IMG/VR virus record: IMGVR_UViG_3300045581_000334
Coordinates: 1 to 64,000 of that record
Origin: a virus
Direction: 5' to 3' (one strand)
Length of the DNA stretch: 64,000 nt
Each line of letters begins with the position of its first letter. Position 1 is the stretch's first letter. Positions 20,901 through 30,100 of this stretch are shown here, one piece after another. The translations under genes and the position numbers were made by a program. The notes under the pieces are model-generated. The model worked only from the letters and a program-made list of their open reading frames with translations, had not been told where the DNA came from and did no database searches.

Positions 20901-23900
20901 TGCAATATTACTTGCATCTGCTCTATCAAATGATGCTACGAACTCTCCCATATTTTCTTTAGCAAATTCTTTAGCCTGCTTTAATTCTTCCATTGACATA
21001 TTTAATCCAGAAATTCCACCCATTCCAGATTTGCCAGCATTTTGTAATTGAGTTTGTCTTTGTGCAATAAGCTTCATCTTATCTGCAAGACTTGTATATT
21101 GAATTCCTGCTTGCTCCGCCGCCTTGGCATTCATTCCAAATCTTAACTGTGCGTCTCTATTCCATTCACGTGTTTTCTTTATAAGTACGCCTATGCCTAC
21201 AGTCAATGCTGCTATTCCAGCTAGCGGACCAACAAATAGAGCTTTAGATAAAACTACACGGAGTACATTCATAACTTTTGCAAACGTGCTTGCAGAAGCT
21301 CCAGCTGATGAGAATGCCCCCTTCATCGCAGTAAGGCCTTTTCCTACTCCAGCAATTCCTTTACCAATTCCAGGCAACATCATTGGCAACATAGATCCGC
21401 CCATCATGACTGCCATACCTAATCCAGTTTGTCCTTTTGCCATTAATGCAGAGCCTGCTGCCATTCCAGCCATGCTTGCGCCCATATTCATTCCCATGCT
21501 TGATCCACCACGAGACATTGCTCCCTGGAATCTTTGCATTGCAGTTGGCGCACTTAATCCAGCAGCTCTTGCTGCAGAAGCGGACATCTGCGTTACTTGT
21601 CCAGTCGCAGAATCTCTTAATGCAATCTGCTCTCTTCTAAATCCTAAAGGTCCAGCTTTTCTAGAAAGAACTTCCTTTCCGTCATGCATACGCATAGCAC
21701 CTTCAGCGCCAACCTGTGGTGTCCAAGCAGTTAAACCTACTGGACCTATATATCTCTGTAAAGCATTTTTAGCTCCAGCTAAATGTTGTAAATGAGGTGG
21801 AAGCATTGATGGGGTAGCATTATAATAACCCATCTTTGCAAAATCATGAGTAGCTCCCCTTCTTAGTATTTGTGTAGTTTTATCAATTCCTCTTTTTATA
21901 ATAGCTGCTGAATCTGTTACATAAGATTTCATTCCGTTAGCGAGTGACACTCCTGCAGATTTAAATGACGCCACTGCATATTTGGCAGAAGCAAGACTTT
22001 GAATTGCTAAAGCATTCATTCCTTGTTTAAGGGCTACGCCAGCATTTTTAATTACAGCCTGCATGTATTGTGCTTGCTGAGCGAGTCTACTTGTGAATGG
22101 GTCTATTAATGAGCTTCTAAGATATGCTCCTGGATTGTAAAAGCTTGTAGTTCCTTGTCTAACTGCTTCTCTACCAAGTCCTGTAGTTAATGCTTGTTGA
22201 CCATAAATTTGATGAGATGCAGCACGAGATCTTTCGGCTTCCATTTCTCTAATTCGTTTTTGACGTTGCTCGGCTTCCCATTTTGCTCTTGCTGCAGGAT
22301 TTCCTGGTCTACCGTAATTGCTTCTTCCAGAAACAATTCTGCCTCCTCCAATTAATCCTCCACGATTAAATGCTGGGTTTGCATGAATTGGTTGATACTT
22401 ACTCCAATTAACATTCATTCCATCTTCAAGTCTTGAAAGCATTGAAATATATGGAGCTCTGTCTGACTCTGGTAAAGAATTTATAAATGCTCTAAGTTTC
22501 GGATGCATTGCTTTCATTGCAGCCTTCATCTTGGCCCCATATTGTCTTGGAGACATTCCTGCTGCAACTGGAGCTGTATTATATGCAAAATCTTTTCTAG
22601 CGCCACCACGAACAGCAAGTAGGTTTATCATTGCCTGCTTTTCCATTGAATTCATTGATGCTGCGTATTCTGTATTCATGGAGGCTCTTGGGAAAACCCC
22701 TGCAGGACCAACGTCAGCTAATACATTTCCAAAAACATTAGACTTTGACAAATCTTTATTTCCAAGCAAGAGGGATGCTATTGTTTGTCTAATCATTTGA
22801 TCTTCTGTAAACTTAGTTCCACCTGCTGCAAATTTTGGATCAAATGGTGACTCCAATCCCAGCAACTTACTCTTTCCGCTTGGGTCATAAGGATTTTTTA
22901 CAGCTCTTACAGTTTGAACTGGAGAGTCTAATCCAAAAACTTCTCTTGACATTCTTGTTCCATACATTTCAGATTTAGCAGTTATTGCATTTGGAACACC
23001 TTTTAAGAAAACTAATTCTCCATTTTCGTTTCTATAAACTCCAGAAACTCCAGGAATAGGATAGCTCTTTCCAGAACTTGGTGCAATTTGATGACTATAT
23101 GGAGTTACAGGAAGGTTAGAGAATTCTCCTAAAGATTTCTTTGAGCTAAGTTGTTTTGATGTGTTTAATACTCTAAGTATTTTTTCTGGAGTTAAAAGAG
23201 GAACAATGTTTCCATAGTTACGTCTTCCACCTGATATTGATCCTCCAGGAATACTACCTCCAGAATTAAATGATGCAAGAACTGGGGTCATAATAGGAGG
23301 TCTTCCTCTTGGAACCATAACCCAACGTTTTCTTTCAGTTATTGCTTGCAACAACATCTTCAAAGACTGCTTCTGTTGTGGTGTCGCCCTAGATGGCAAT
23401 GCCTTTCCAGCTTTTATGTCGGCAAGTTCTTTTTTACTTGGGAATCTATTTCCTGGATCAGACAATGCCACAGCAATGTCATCTAACGTTGTCATTCTAG
23501 ACATTCCAGCTTTCTTAATCATATCTGATAATGATTCCTCAGCGTCTGCCTTTGTTAAGTGTAAAACATCTCCTCTTAGTTTAATTTGATCTAGTCTATT
23601 CATCAAAGAGTTTAGTTCTGAATCAATTACCGCAGCGACTCCCATGTGTCCACGTGTGGCATGCCCTACTTGATCATGTCTCAATAAGTGGCCTCTTGCT
23701 ACACCGACCTTTGTTCCTTGATCATCTCTCATCTCTAAATATGGAACTCCGCCTGTATTTAAAACTTTTGGATCAAATAATTTCATTTGTTTCAATTCAT
23801 TTGAGACATTTGCAAATCTTGGATCATCAGCCATAAATTTCTGCAACATAAATATATGTTTATTTAAAGCTGAACTGCTTGGAGTTCTTGTTGCAGCTCT

Positions 23901-26900
23901 ATTTGGATGACTTAATTTAGGATATTTCTTTTCTAAGTCCTTTACCTGATTAATTCTATGTTTAATAAATGAATCTAGATTACCTCCAGATTTTGTTTTA
24001 GCAGCATTAAAATTATCAAATGCGACTTTTACAGCCTGGTCTTTTGGCATTCCAGCATATTCCATTAATTCTGCAGCATCCAACATAACCATTCTCATTC
24101 TTACAGAATCTTCATAGAAAGGATTTTTTATAAATTTAACTAACTGGCCTAATTGTTTTCTATAGTAAGCAGGAGTTTCTCTATACTTTTCTCCATAGTT
24201 ACCTTTGTTTTTCATTACTTGCCCGCCAAAATTATATCCGTTATTAGCAGCTTCTAGTGCATCATATAACCCTGGAATTCTATTTATCTTTGGGCCAAAG
24301 ACAACTTCTCCTGGAGTAAGAGCTGCTGTTATTTCTCCGCCACCCTCGAATGTATATGGAGCCATAGCAATCAAATCCTTATTTTGTGGATCTAACGAAG
24401 CTCCTTGATTTAGTACATAACCTCCCAATGGGACTGTTCCAAGCCTATCGTCATAATTTATTGAAGTTGATCCAGATACAGTTGTCTTGTTTGGTCCAAA
24501 AGATTCTACCATTCCACCATCATTAAATTTAGGAAGTCTTGTTGTCTGTATGCTGTATGGCGCACCAAATGTTCTTACTCCACGGAGTCTACCAAACTCC
24601 TCCATGACAGCCCTGTTGCCTTCTTTTTTGTATAGATCTCTTAATGTGAATTGTCCATTAGCATCAACTACTGGCTGATTCATCAATGGGGCTTTTGTAA
24701 AATCAATTGTTCTTCCACGAGCTGCGGCAAATGCTCCTAGCTCAGATCTCATTGCAGATTCTAATTGTGCATTTATAGCTATGATTTCTGCTTTAGCTTG
24801 ATCAACAGTCATTTTGCCAGCACGTAATTGTGATACTATTGCTGCAGATTGTGTCGCAGCATTATCTGCTAATCTAGTCGTAATTGGCAGAATATCATCA
24901 AAAGTATCTAGTAGTTCGCTGCTTACTGTACCGCCTAAAGCTATAGTCTTTTTTAATGTTGCCACTTCTGCTTCTGTTTGCATAGCAAGTGTAGATAGTA
25001 GTGCATGATATCTTGCAGCTTCTCCTGAAACTATTCCTGTAGAAACTCCCTTTACTTCTGTTAATCCTGGAATTCCTGGAAGTCTTTCATGCATGTATAT
25101 CTGTGGAGTTCTTCCAATCTTTTGATTAACAGGAATTGCTCCTGGAACTCCGCCTAAAAATGTAGCTGGATTATTTGGGTCTCTTGGATTAATATGAGAC
25201 ATTGCTCTTGTATTTAAATCTCCAGAATATGGATCGTTTGGATCAACAACTCTTCTTCCTCCAGCCATTACTGTTGAGCCAGCTACCGTGGTAACTGCTG
25301 GATTTACTGGGATTGTACCTTTAGCCATTGCTGACTGTAGGTTCATGTAATCTCCAACTAGTTTAGTTAAAGCTCCGTGTAAAACTTCTGCAGCTTTTGC
25401 ATCTGAATAAAAAGCTTTTTCCACCATTTGAGAAGCTTTTTCTGCAGCAATTATTTCTGGAGTAAGCATCTTCCATCCCTTTGATCCTTGGAAGAGTGCT
25501 TTTAATGAAACTATACCCTTAGTTACATAACCAAAGAAGTTAGCTAGCACACCAGTTAACATAATTATTGGACCAATAACTGCCGTAAATCCTCCTAGGT
25601 ATGTGACTGCTTTTTTAATTGGTTCTGGTAAATTAGTAAAGAAATCTAATACTTTAGTAAATGCATTTATAAACTTTGTTGCGACACCTAAGAAGTCTTC
25701 TCCAACATCTGCAAGGCTAGCTCTTAATCCTTCAATAGCTCTTTTATATTTACCAGAAGCAGATTCAGTTACTAATGTTAATTCTCGACCAGCTATTTCT
25801 GCAAGTTGCGATGCGCTTGCATTCATTAAATTCATTACCTGTAATGTTTGGCTACCTTCTTTGCCCAAGTTATTAAACAGTGCAGCCATTCTAGCAAATT
25901 GGAATTTACCAAACATTTGCTCAAGTGCTCTTGCTTTACTTAATGGATCTAATCCGTCTAAAGCTTTTTGTAAACCTACTATCATTCCAGTTGTATTGCC
26001 AACGTTTTGCTGAACTAATCCCATTATGTCTATGCCGAATTCTGACATAACTCCAACTGTTTGCTTTGTCGGATTAATCATGGAGGCAAGACCAGACTTT
26101 AGTGCGTTAGCTGCCTCTGAGGCATTAACTCCACCTTCACGCATGGCAGTCAAATATAATGCTAAATCTTGTACGTCACCGCCTAATTGTTTTACAACGG
26201 TACCAGCTTTTGGAATTGCTTCAACAAGGTCGTTTAGTGTTGTGGATGTCTGGTTTTCTACAGCGTTTAAAAAGTTAATTGATTCAGTTAATTCTTGAGT
26301 GTTTGATTTGAAAGCTGTTTGAATTGCTAATGTAGCCTTCATTGCTTCTGCTCTATCTACTTCACCAAGAACTGCTAGCCTTGTTGTTTCTTTTAATGAA
26401 GATAGTAGCTGTTCGCCTTGCTGCCCAGTTGCTGCAATATCAGCGGCTAATCCAATTGTTTCTTTAAAATTAACTCCCATTGCATTAGACAATTCTTTAG
26501 ATGTATCAACAACATCTTGTCTAATTTTTTTCAAGTCTGCAGAAGCTGTTCCAGCAATATCTCCATAAACCTTAACTAGTCTTGTTAGTTCTTGATCTGC
26601 TTCTCTAAAAGCTCTAGCAGCTTGCGATCCAAACATTGCTAATGGTACTGTTAAACCTACTGTTAACTGACGACCAGCCCATTGAGTATTTTTACCCCAA
26701 TTAATTAAAGATGTGGCACCTTCAGATAATGCACGATTCATTATCTGTAATTCCATTCTGGCCAACTGGGTTCCATTTCTTACGGAATCTAGTCCTCTTG
26801 GAATCATTACATTGTATTGCATTAAACCTTGAGCGTTTCTACCCAGAGGCTGCATTACTGCATTTTGTAACATTACCTGCTCTTGAGCAAGTTCTCTAAT

Positions 26901-27221
26901 TAATCCTTTAGATGTTTTTACATGTGTTCTAAATGTTGAAAAATAATCTCTTAATTTTAATCTACCTGCATCGAGGTTTTTACCAAATTTATCTACATCG
27001 GATTGTAAATTTACAAAGTGGCTTGAATACATTCCGCTTCCGACAAGCGTATCTCTGAACATATTGTTAGCAATTTTTGTTGCGGAAGCAATTGATTTGT
27101 TAGATGTTACTAGTTCTCTTTGAAGTTGTTGTAGACTAGCCGTAGCCCTGTGTACTTCGGACACAAGGCTAGACAAGTCAGCTTTGGCGACTATACTCGT
27201 TACAATTTGTTCGTCTGCCAC
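17943..27221 (-). CDS. Tape measure protein with internal cargo modules and C-terminal CHAP + LysM domains
   Basis: 3092 aa following the tail chaperones; TP901-like helical core, hydrophobic segments, GTSDSIPAMLSNGEYVIN motif, WC..F..W / HVGLV / IEGNT (CHAP), YSVNRGDTLFGIARRFG (LysM). Confidence 0.92.
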   Translation of the reverse strand: MADEQIVTSIVAKADLSSLVSEVHRATASLQQLQRELVTSNKSIASATKIANNMFRDTLVGSGMYSSHFVNLQSDVDKFGKNLDAGRLKLRDYFSTFRTHVKTSKGLIRELAQEQVMLQNAVMQPLGRNAQGLMQYNVMIPRGLDSVRNGTQLARMELQIMNRALSEGATSLINWGKNTQWAGRQLTVGLTVPLAMFGSQAARAFREADQELTRLVKVYGDIAGTASADLKKIRQDVVDTSKELSNAMGVNFKETIGLAADIAATGQQGEQLLSSLKETTRLAVLGEVDRAEAMKATLAIQTAFKSNTQELTESINFLNAVENQTSTTLNDLVEAIPKAGTVVKQLGGDVQDLALYLTAMREGGVNASEAANALKSGLASMINPTKQTVGVMSEFGIDIMGLVQQNVGNTTGMIVGLQKALDGLDPLSKARALEQMFGKFQFARMAALFNNLGKEGSQTLQVMNLMNASASQLAEIAGRELTLVTESASGKYKRAIEGLRASLADVGEDFLGVATKFINAFTKVLDFFTNLPEPIKKAVTYLGGFTAVIGPIIMLTGVLANFFGYVTKGIVSLKALFQGSKGWKMLTPEIIAAEKASQMVEKAFYSDAKAAEVLHGALTKLVGDYMNLQSAMAKGTIPVNPAVTTVAGSTVMAGGRRVVDPNDPYSGDLNTRAMSHINPRDPNNPATFLGGVPGAIPVNQKIGRTPQIYMHERLPGIPGLTEVKGVSTGIVSGEAARYHALLSTLAMQTEAEVATLKKTIALGGTVSSELLDTFDDILPITTRLADNAATQSAAIVSQLRAGKMTVDQAKAEIIAINAQLESAMRSELGAFAAARGRTIDFTKAPLMNQPVVDANGQFTLRDLYKKEGNRAVMEEFGRLRGVRTFGAPYSIQTTRLPKFNDGGMVESFGPNKTTVSGSTSINYDDRLGTVPLGGYVLNQGASLDPQNKDLIAMAPYTFEGGGEITAALTPGEVVFGPKINRIPGLYDALEAANNGYNFGGQVMKNKGNYGEKYRETPAYYRKQLGQLVKFIKNPFYEDSVRMRMVMLDAAELMEYAGMPKDQAVKVAFDNFNAAKTKSGGNLDSFIKHRINQVKDLEKKYPKLSHPNRAATRTPSSSALNKHIFMLQKFMADDPRFANVSNELKQMKLFDPKVLNTGGVPYLEMRDDQGTKVGVARGHLLRHDQVGHATRGHMGVAAVIDSELNSLMNRLDQIKLRGDVLHLTKADAEESLSDMIKKAGMSRMTTLDDIAVALSDPGNRFPSKKELADIKAGKALPSRATPQQKQSLKMLLQAITERKRWVMVPRGRPPIMTPVLASFNSGGSIPGGSISGGRRNYGNIVPLLTPEKILRVLNTSKQLSSKKSLGEFSNLPVTPYSHQIAPSSGKSYPIPGVSGVYRNENGELVFLKGVPNAITAKSEMYGTRMSREVFGLDSPVQTVRAVKNPYDPSGKSKLLGLESPFDPKFAAGGTKFTEDQMIRQTIASLLLGNKDLSKSNVFGNVLADVGPAGVFPRASMNTEYAASMNSMEKQAMINLLAVRGGARKDFAYNTAPVAAGMSPRQYGAKMKAAMKAMHPKLRAFINSLPESDRAPYISMLSRLEDGMNVNWSKYQPIHANPAFNRGGLIGGGRIVSGRSNYGRPGNPAARAKWEAEQRQKRIREMEAERSRAASHQIYGQQALTTGLGREAVRQGTTSFYNPGAYLRSSLIDPFTSRLAQQAQYMQAVIKNAGVALKQGMNALAIQSLASAKYAVASFKSAGVSLANGMKSYVTDSAAIIKRGIDKTTQILRRGATHDFAKMGYYNATPSMLPPHLQHLAGAKNALQRYIGPVGLTAWTPQVGAEGAMRMHDGKEVLSRKAGPLGFRREQIALRDSATGQVTQMSASAARAAGLSAPTAMQRFQGAMSRGGSSMGMNMGASMAGMAAGSALMAKGQTGLGMAVMMGGSMLPMMLPGIGKGIAGVGKGLTAMKGAFSSAGASASTFAKVMNVLRVVLSKALFVGPLAGIAALTVGIGVLIKKTREWNRDAQLRFGMNAKAAEQAGIQYTSLADKMKLIAQRQTQLQNAGKSGMGGISGLNMSMEELKQAKEFAKENMGEFVASFDRADASNIAELATNIKAQFIAAGMSVEEANKKIMGMIAASKNSKLAINVMTNSAFAGVKDSSTAAEYSVKHLSQTIKAGDKEVDQYKTKVIEGMSSVIDLTDKSIVSISGQKNALGEVKGEYAALVEVTNKMKSQGFDQVVGIEAFQKLPSELQAIAKESDTIAGIYAKWRLYVKGVQVDLKGLSSETAAQLDRYLTAFTAAQDKLIDAGKKAFSTGLGLSGMDGTFKQIGFTMANLQSIIDKTGREAALAQQKASRAAEDQNEKLQKQIDLIREAANEKLKALDATEKRESYELQIQKARLDYQAAIAKGDFQTAERARLDLIQLQKTYQAEQARLAIQEDAARKEKALQDQQKKNAEEEKKRQREFQDAQAEAARAQEAMAKIQNYTQQYKDLLLQKQTNEFIQDPKLRVDAQRQTDNQLKSLVKEIQAAGLVTKGNKGFDIAGDIKKAFGKFFDSSGKALNFDSVSQAPTYDPKTGLQLNSVFTKGKMGDVLNRDLELVRSQAMLITGGMTIKQLAESISRDMGNQFTPTGSAGVTVNPGTKPKDVSKSKDLYTAARDAEAGAKQPERVQIDGIVYNVFTYKGKRYASPVGSTGEVYDYSDVLKTKGNRVKNFVTGGAVTGPGTGTSDSIPAMLSNGEYVINAASAANIGYENLDRLNRMKDGGPVGRFGAGGDPDLKNIFGMNLEMGTKSAMLRVAEKAIGYIEKATNNPVAKALTGAISRVLPSFDLWCGRFINWVSSLAGVKIPNVVGTAAGYSSFRSKKRLYQNPEPGDLVFFDFGRNKNITDHVGLVSRIVSKNVIRTIEGNTSGSNQTNGGMVAVKNRKFGPYNPRAGIYTRGFGRPDYRDATKTTDLVGGDLAPHNLGNAKDYSVNRGDTLFGIARRFGVSLNSIIKANPQLTENSKYMGGFRLFKGTDIRIPRFATGGTVGNPPRRMYSTAGPVMGNVTIGDIVINAAPGMDERALARAAAQEVFAVMSNRNLQMGGQVKVIR

Positions 27222-27224
27222 TAA

Positions 27225-27476
27225 TTACTCCTTAGAGTATCCTAACCCCATTCCGATTCCAAAACCTGCATCTTGTGCAAAACTTCCTTGTAGTGAAACG
27301 ACGTCGTCTCCACTAGCTGTTATGCCAAGAGCCCTTCTTTGGATATCATCAAAAGTAGGACCTTCTTTTGTTTCTGCTTCATCATCAATTTGTATTCCTT
27401 TTAATGATGCTGCAAATTTTCGCTGGTTATGCTCCTTCTCGTGCATTGTTTTTAGCGTCTGAAGAAGCTCAGGCAT
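27225..27476 (-). CDS. Tail assembly chaperone, frameshifted (gpGT-like) C-terminal part; frame open back to the slippery site at ~27590
   Basis: The -1 frame from CCCAAAC reads PDSGSGSSWSELDLAALLGEVFLLGHWKNYEELEENLS-MPELLQ without stops. Confidence 0.85.
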   Translation of the reverse strand: MPELLQTLKTMHEKEHNQRKFAASLKGIQIDDEAETKEGPTFDDIQRRALGITASGDDVVSLQGSFAQDAGFGIGMGLGYSKE

Positions 27477-27553
27477 TGATAAATTTTCTTCTAACTCTTC
27501 GTAATTCTTCCAATGCCCCAGAAGAAATACTTCACCTAATAATGCGGCTAGAT

Positions 27554-27886
27554 CTAGTTCTGACCAGCTAGAACCGCTGCCGCTATCAGGTTTGGGTCGT
27601 CCATCTTAATTCCGCCGCAAACTTCAAGGATGCGATTGATTGTTGGAACGTCCAATGCGTCTTCTAATTTTTCTCTATCAGCAGCAAGTTCTGGCAACTG
27701 TGTTTCCAGTGCTACTGCACATGCTTCGACTAGAATTCCTAATGTGACATTTTCATCATTAGAATCTTGTGTCTTTTTTACAACTTCCATAAACTTACGT
27801 AGTTGCTTGATTGATAATGGCTTTAACTTTACCTTAGCGCCATTCTGTAATTCAATTTCTTCTACATCATATACTTTTGTAGCCAA
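27554..27886 (-). CDS. Tail assembly chaperone (gpG-like)
   Basis: Lies between major tail and tape measure; slippery heptamer near its 3' end. Confidence 0.85.
   Translation of the reverse strand: MATKVYDVEEIELQNGAKVKLKPLSIKQLRKFMEVVKKTQDSNDENVTLGILVEACAVALETQLPELAADREKLEDALDVPTINRILEVCGGIKMDDPNLIAAAVLAGQN
27590..27596 (-). other. Programmed -1 frameshift slippery site C CCA AAC
   Basis: X XXY YYZ heptamer in the correct phase (GAC CCA AAC); the -1 frame joins the downstream ORF. Confidence 0.85.
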
Positions 27887-27942
27887 TTTATCCTCCTTTA
27901 GGATTCTAAATTATTATAGCATAAGGAGTATGCAGATACAAT

Positions 27943-27972
27943 AAATAAGCCCCCATTTCTGGGGGCTTATTT
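27943..27972 (-). terminator. Intrinsic terminator after the major tail gene
   Basis: AAATAAGCCCCC-AGAAAT-GGGGGCTTATTT hairpin followed by a T-rich tail. Confidence 0.85.
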
Positions 27973-27993
27973 GTTAATAATTAAAATTAATTA

Positions 27994-28701
27994 TTATGCT
28001 ACTAGTACACGGTCAATAATCTTGCCGTATTCTGTACCAGTTTCATTAGCATCTGGAAGCAGACGGAATGTTACTGGGAATGTAGTTGGAGTCGTACGAG
28101 CAAGTGAGAATTGTGACTGTTGAACAGACAATACTCGACGTGCATAATAAATACGCTCCGATAATGTGCTATTTGCTGTTGGAGCCTGTCCAACTGCAAT
28201 TAACTGACGCTCTGTTGGCGCTTCGCCAAGAGCTCCAGCAACAAGACCAAGAGTGTCTACCTTAGTAGCTCCTGTTCCTGTTGATGTCAAAGAACCTGAT
28301 TGCTGTCCGAAAACAGTTACAACGTTTTCTAGTGTACCTTCGGACATTTCTGTTGCGATCATAACCTCCATCGCTGACTTGAACAGCTTAGCTGTATCAA
28401 GAAGCTGATCTACGGTTACAGAATCATATGTTGGATTATAAGTAATTTGAAGACCATTGTTAGTAAAACCAACGTTACGGTATCCAAATTTACCTGCTTC
28501 CTGATCAACGCCATTTAGAGTAGTCGTGTACGATACTCCTGATGCAAATGCTGGGACGCCTACTGTTCCTGCGCCTGAAGCAATTGCTGAACCTGGTTCT
28601 GCGTTTGTGATGTAGTCTGCATCGTTAATATCAATATTTGATAAGAACAACGGTGACGCACCAACAAGAATATTTTTAGCATTACCTACGGATTGTGCCA
28701 T
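27994..28701 (-). CDS. Major tail (tube) protein
   Basis: Position, strong AGGAGG RBS, own terminator, VGFT..GL.ITY motif. Confidence 0.85.
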   Translation of the reverse strand: MAQSVGNAKNILVGASPLFLSNIDINDADYITNAEPGSAIASGAGTVGVPAFASGVSYTTTLNGVDQEAGKFGYRNVGFTNNGLQITYNPTYDSVTVDQLLDTAKLFKSAMEVMIATEMSEGTLENVVTVFGQQSGSLTSTGTGATKVDTLGLVAGALGEAPTERQLIAVGQAPTANSTLSERIYYARRVLSVQQSQFSLARTTPTTFPVTFRLLPDANETGTEYGKIIDRVLVA

Positions 28702-28806
28702 GAGTTTTTATCCTCCTATTTCATGAAATTAATATATATATATATTTGGCTGGCTAGGCCCTTTCCTCTATGTCTAATTATAGGGTAATAGATAGTCTAA
28801 AGCAAA

Positions 28807-29316
28807 CTAGGCAAACCTGCCATTATTGTCTGTAATCCTTGAATATTTGACCTCTAATATTACGTCCGCCGCAAAGAAGCCCTGTAGCTCCTCGGATGGG
28901 GCTGTTGGAGAAATGTCTGCTATAAATATGCTATGGAATTTAAACTTGTTTGAAAGCTTATCCCAATAATTTACATCCCTAGCTGAATCATCCATTCTTC
29001 TAAATTGGTCTGTCATGAAGTTTCTTATTTCTACTATATCTATAACCTCTGTAGAATATATTGTGAATAAGATTTGCTCACAGCAAATAAGCCAGTTGTT
29101 CTCGTATGATAACCCTATCTTGTCATAGACTATGTGCTTCTTACCGCTCAAAAATTGATTCATCTCTGGAGCCTGCTGAATTGGCAATATTGGGATAATA
29201 GTCTCGTCTAAATTGTCACTATAATAATCATTAGGATTAAATATATTAGCCGCCTTTAGCTTTTCCCATAAAAACTTTCTAAGTTCAAACACTGCGTCTA
29301 GTTTATAGTTAGGCAT
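28807..29316 (-). CDS. Tail terminator/completion protein
   Basis: Synteny (directly before major tail), 169 aa. Confidence 0.6.
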   Translation of the reverse strand: MPNYKLDAVFELRKFLWEKLKAANIFNPNDYYSDNLDETIIPILPIQQAPEMNQFLSGKKHIVYDKIGLSYENNWLICCEQILFTIYSTEVIDIVEIRNFMTDQFRRMDDSARDVNYWDKLSNKFKFHSIFIADISPTAPSEELQGFFAADVILEVKYSRITDNNGRFA

Positions 29317-30100
29317 TAGATACCCCCGTAAAAGCCGCTAGAAGGGCCGCATCAGCCTCGCTGGCAACACTATTAGGTGAGAACTTATACTTAACCGTTT
29401 TAATCTGTACAGGGACCGTCAGAGCCTTTGTCATGGCAGAATTAAACAGTCTTTGAAAGCCAGACTTTTTAATAGACATATTGACTAATTGTCCTGTAAA
29501 AAAATATTTATAAGAAGATAAAAATGAATTTTTAGTTGCTGCTCCACCTGGCTTATTTACTGTAACTGATTGCCCTTTAGGCATAAACACAGTATAACCA
29601 TTTACATCAAAAACTAATCGTTCAGATTTTCTGGGACTAATTACAACTGTTTTGCCCTGCTCCATAATAAAAGCTTTTTTAACAAATACATGTTTATGAT
29701 TTGAATTTTCTGAAGGCACAAAAGATTTTGAATCTAGCAGCTCATAATTTAATTTAAATGATAATCCATCTTGGACCAACTTATTTAACTTAAACAGTCT
29801 TGCTTCTTTTGTTCCAGCCTGATCCCACTCATAAACATGGTGAAAAGATTTTGGATTAGTTCTAGCTTTTGCATCTATGTATTCTCCAAAGTCTTTGTCT
29901 ATCTGCCTAAATAATGTTTTACTGAATGAATTTTGAAATGCTAAATTGGAAGAAAGTTTAGCCAGCACATTTGTTTTATAGAATATGGCAGCAGATATCT
30001 GAGCTACAGTGCTATCTTTTATTGCACCGCTAATTGGCTGTCCAGCCATTAGATTAACTAATCCGCTAGCAGCCTGAAGGGCCATTGCTTCAGAAGCCAA
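29309..30100 (-). CDS. Neck / tail completion protein
   Basis: Synteny within the head-tail module. Confidence 0.55.
   Translation of the reverse strand: MASEAMALQAASGLVNLMAGQPISGAIKDSTVAQISAAIFYKTNVLAKLSSNLAFQNSFSKTLFRQIDKDFGEYIDAKARTNPKSFHHVYEWDQAGTKEARLFKLNKLVQDGLSFKLNYELLDSKSFVPSENSNHKHVFVKKAFIMEQGKTVVISPRKSERLVFDVNGYTVFMPKGQSVTVNKPGGAATKNSFLSSYKYFFTGQLVNMSIKKSGFQRLFNSAMTKALTVPVQIKTVKYKFSPNSVASEADAALLAAFTGVSNA

Noticed and set aside
21124-26899. Several plus-strand ORFs of 60-223 aa within the tape measure (likewise 53595..54236 and 33470..33913)
   Set aside because: Antisense to well-supported genes, with no motifs or expression signals.
28730-28746. (AT)n run upstream of the major tail gene
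   Set aside because: Short, in an AT-rich leader, with no supporting structure.
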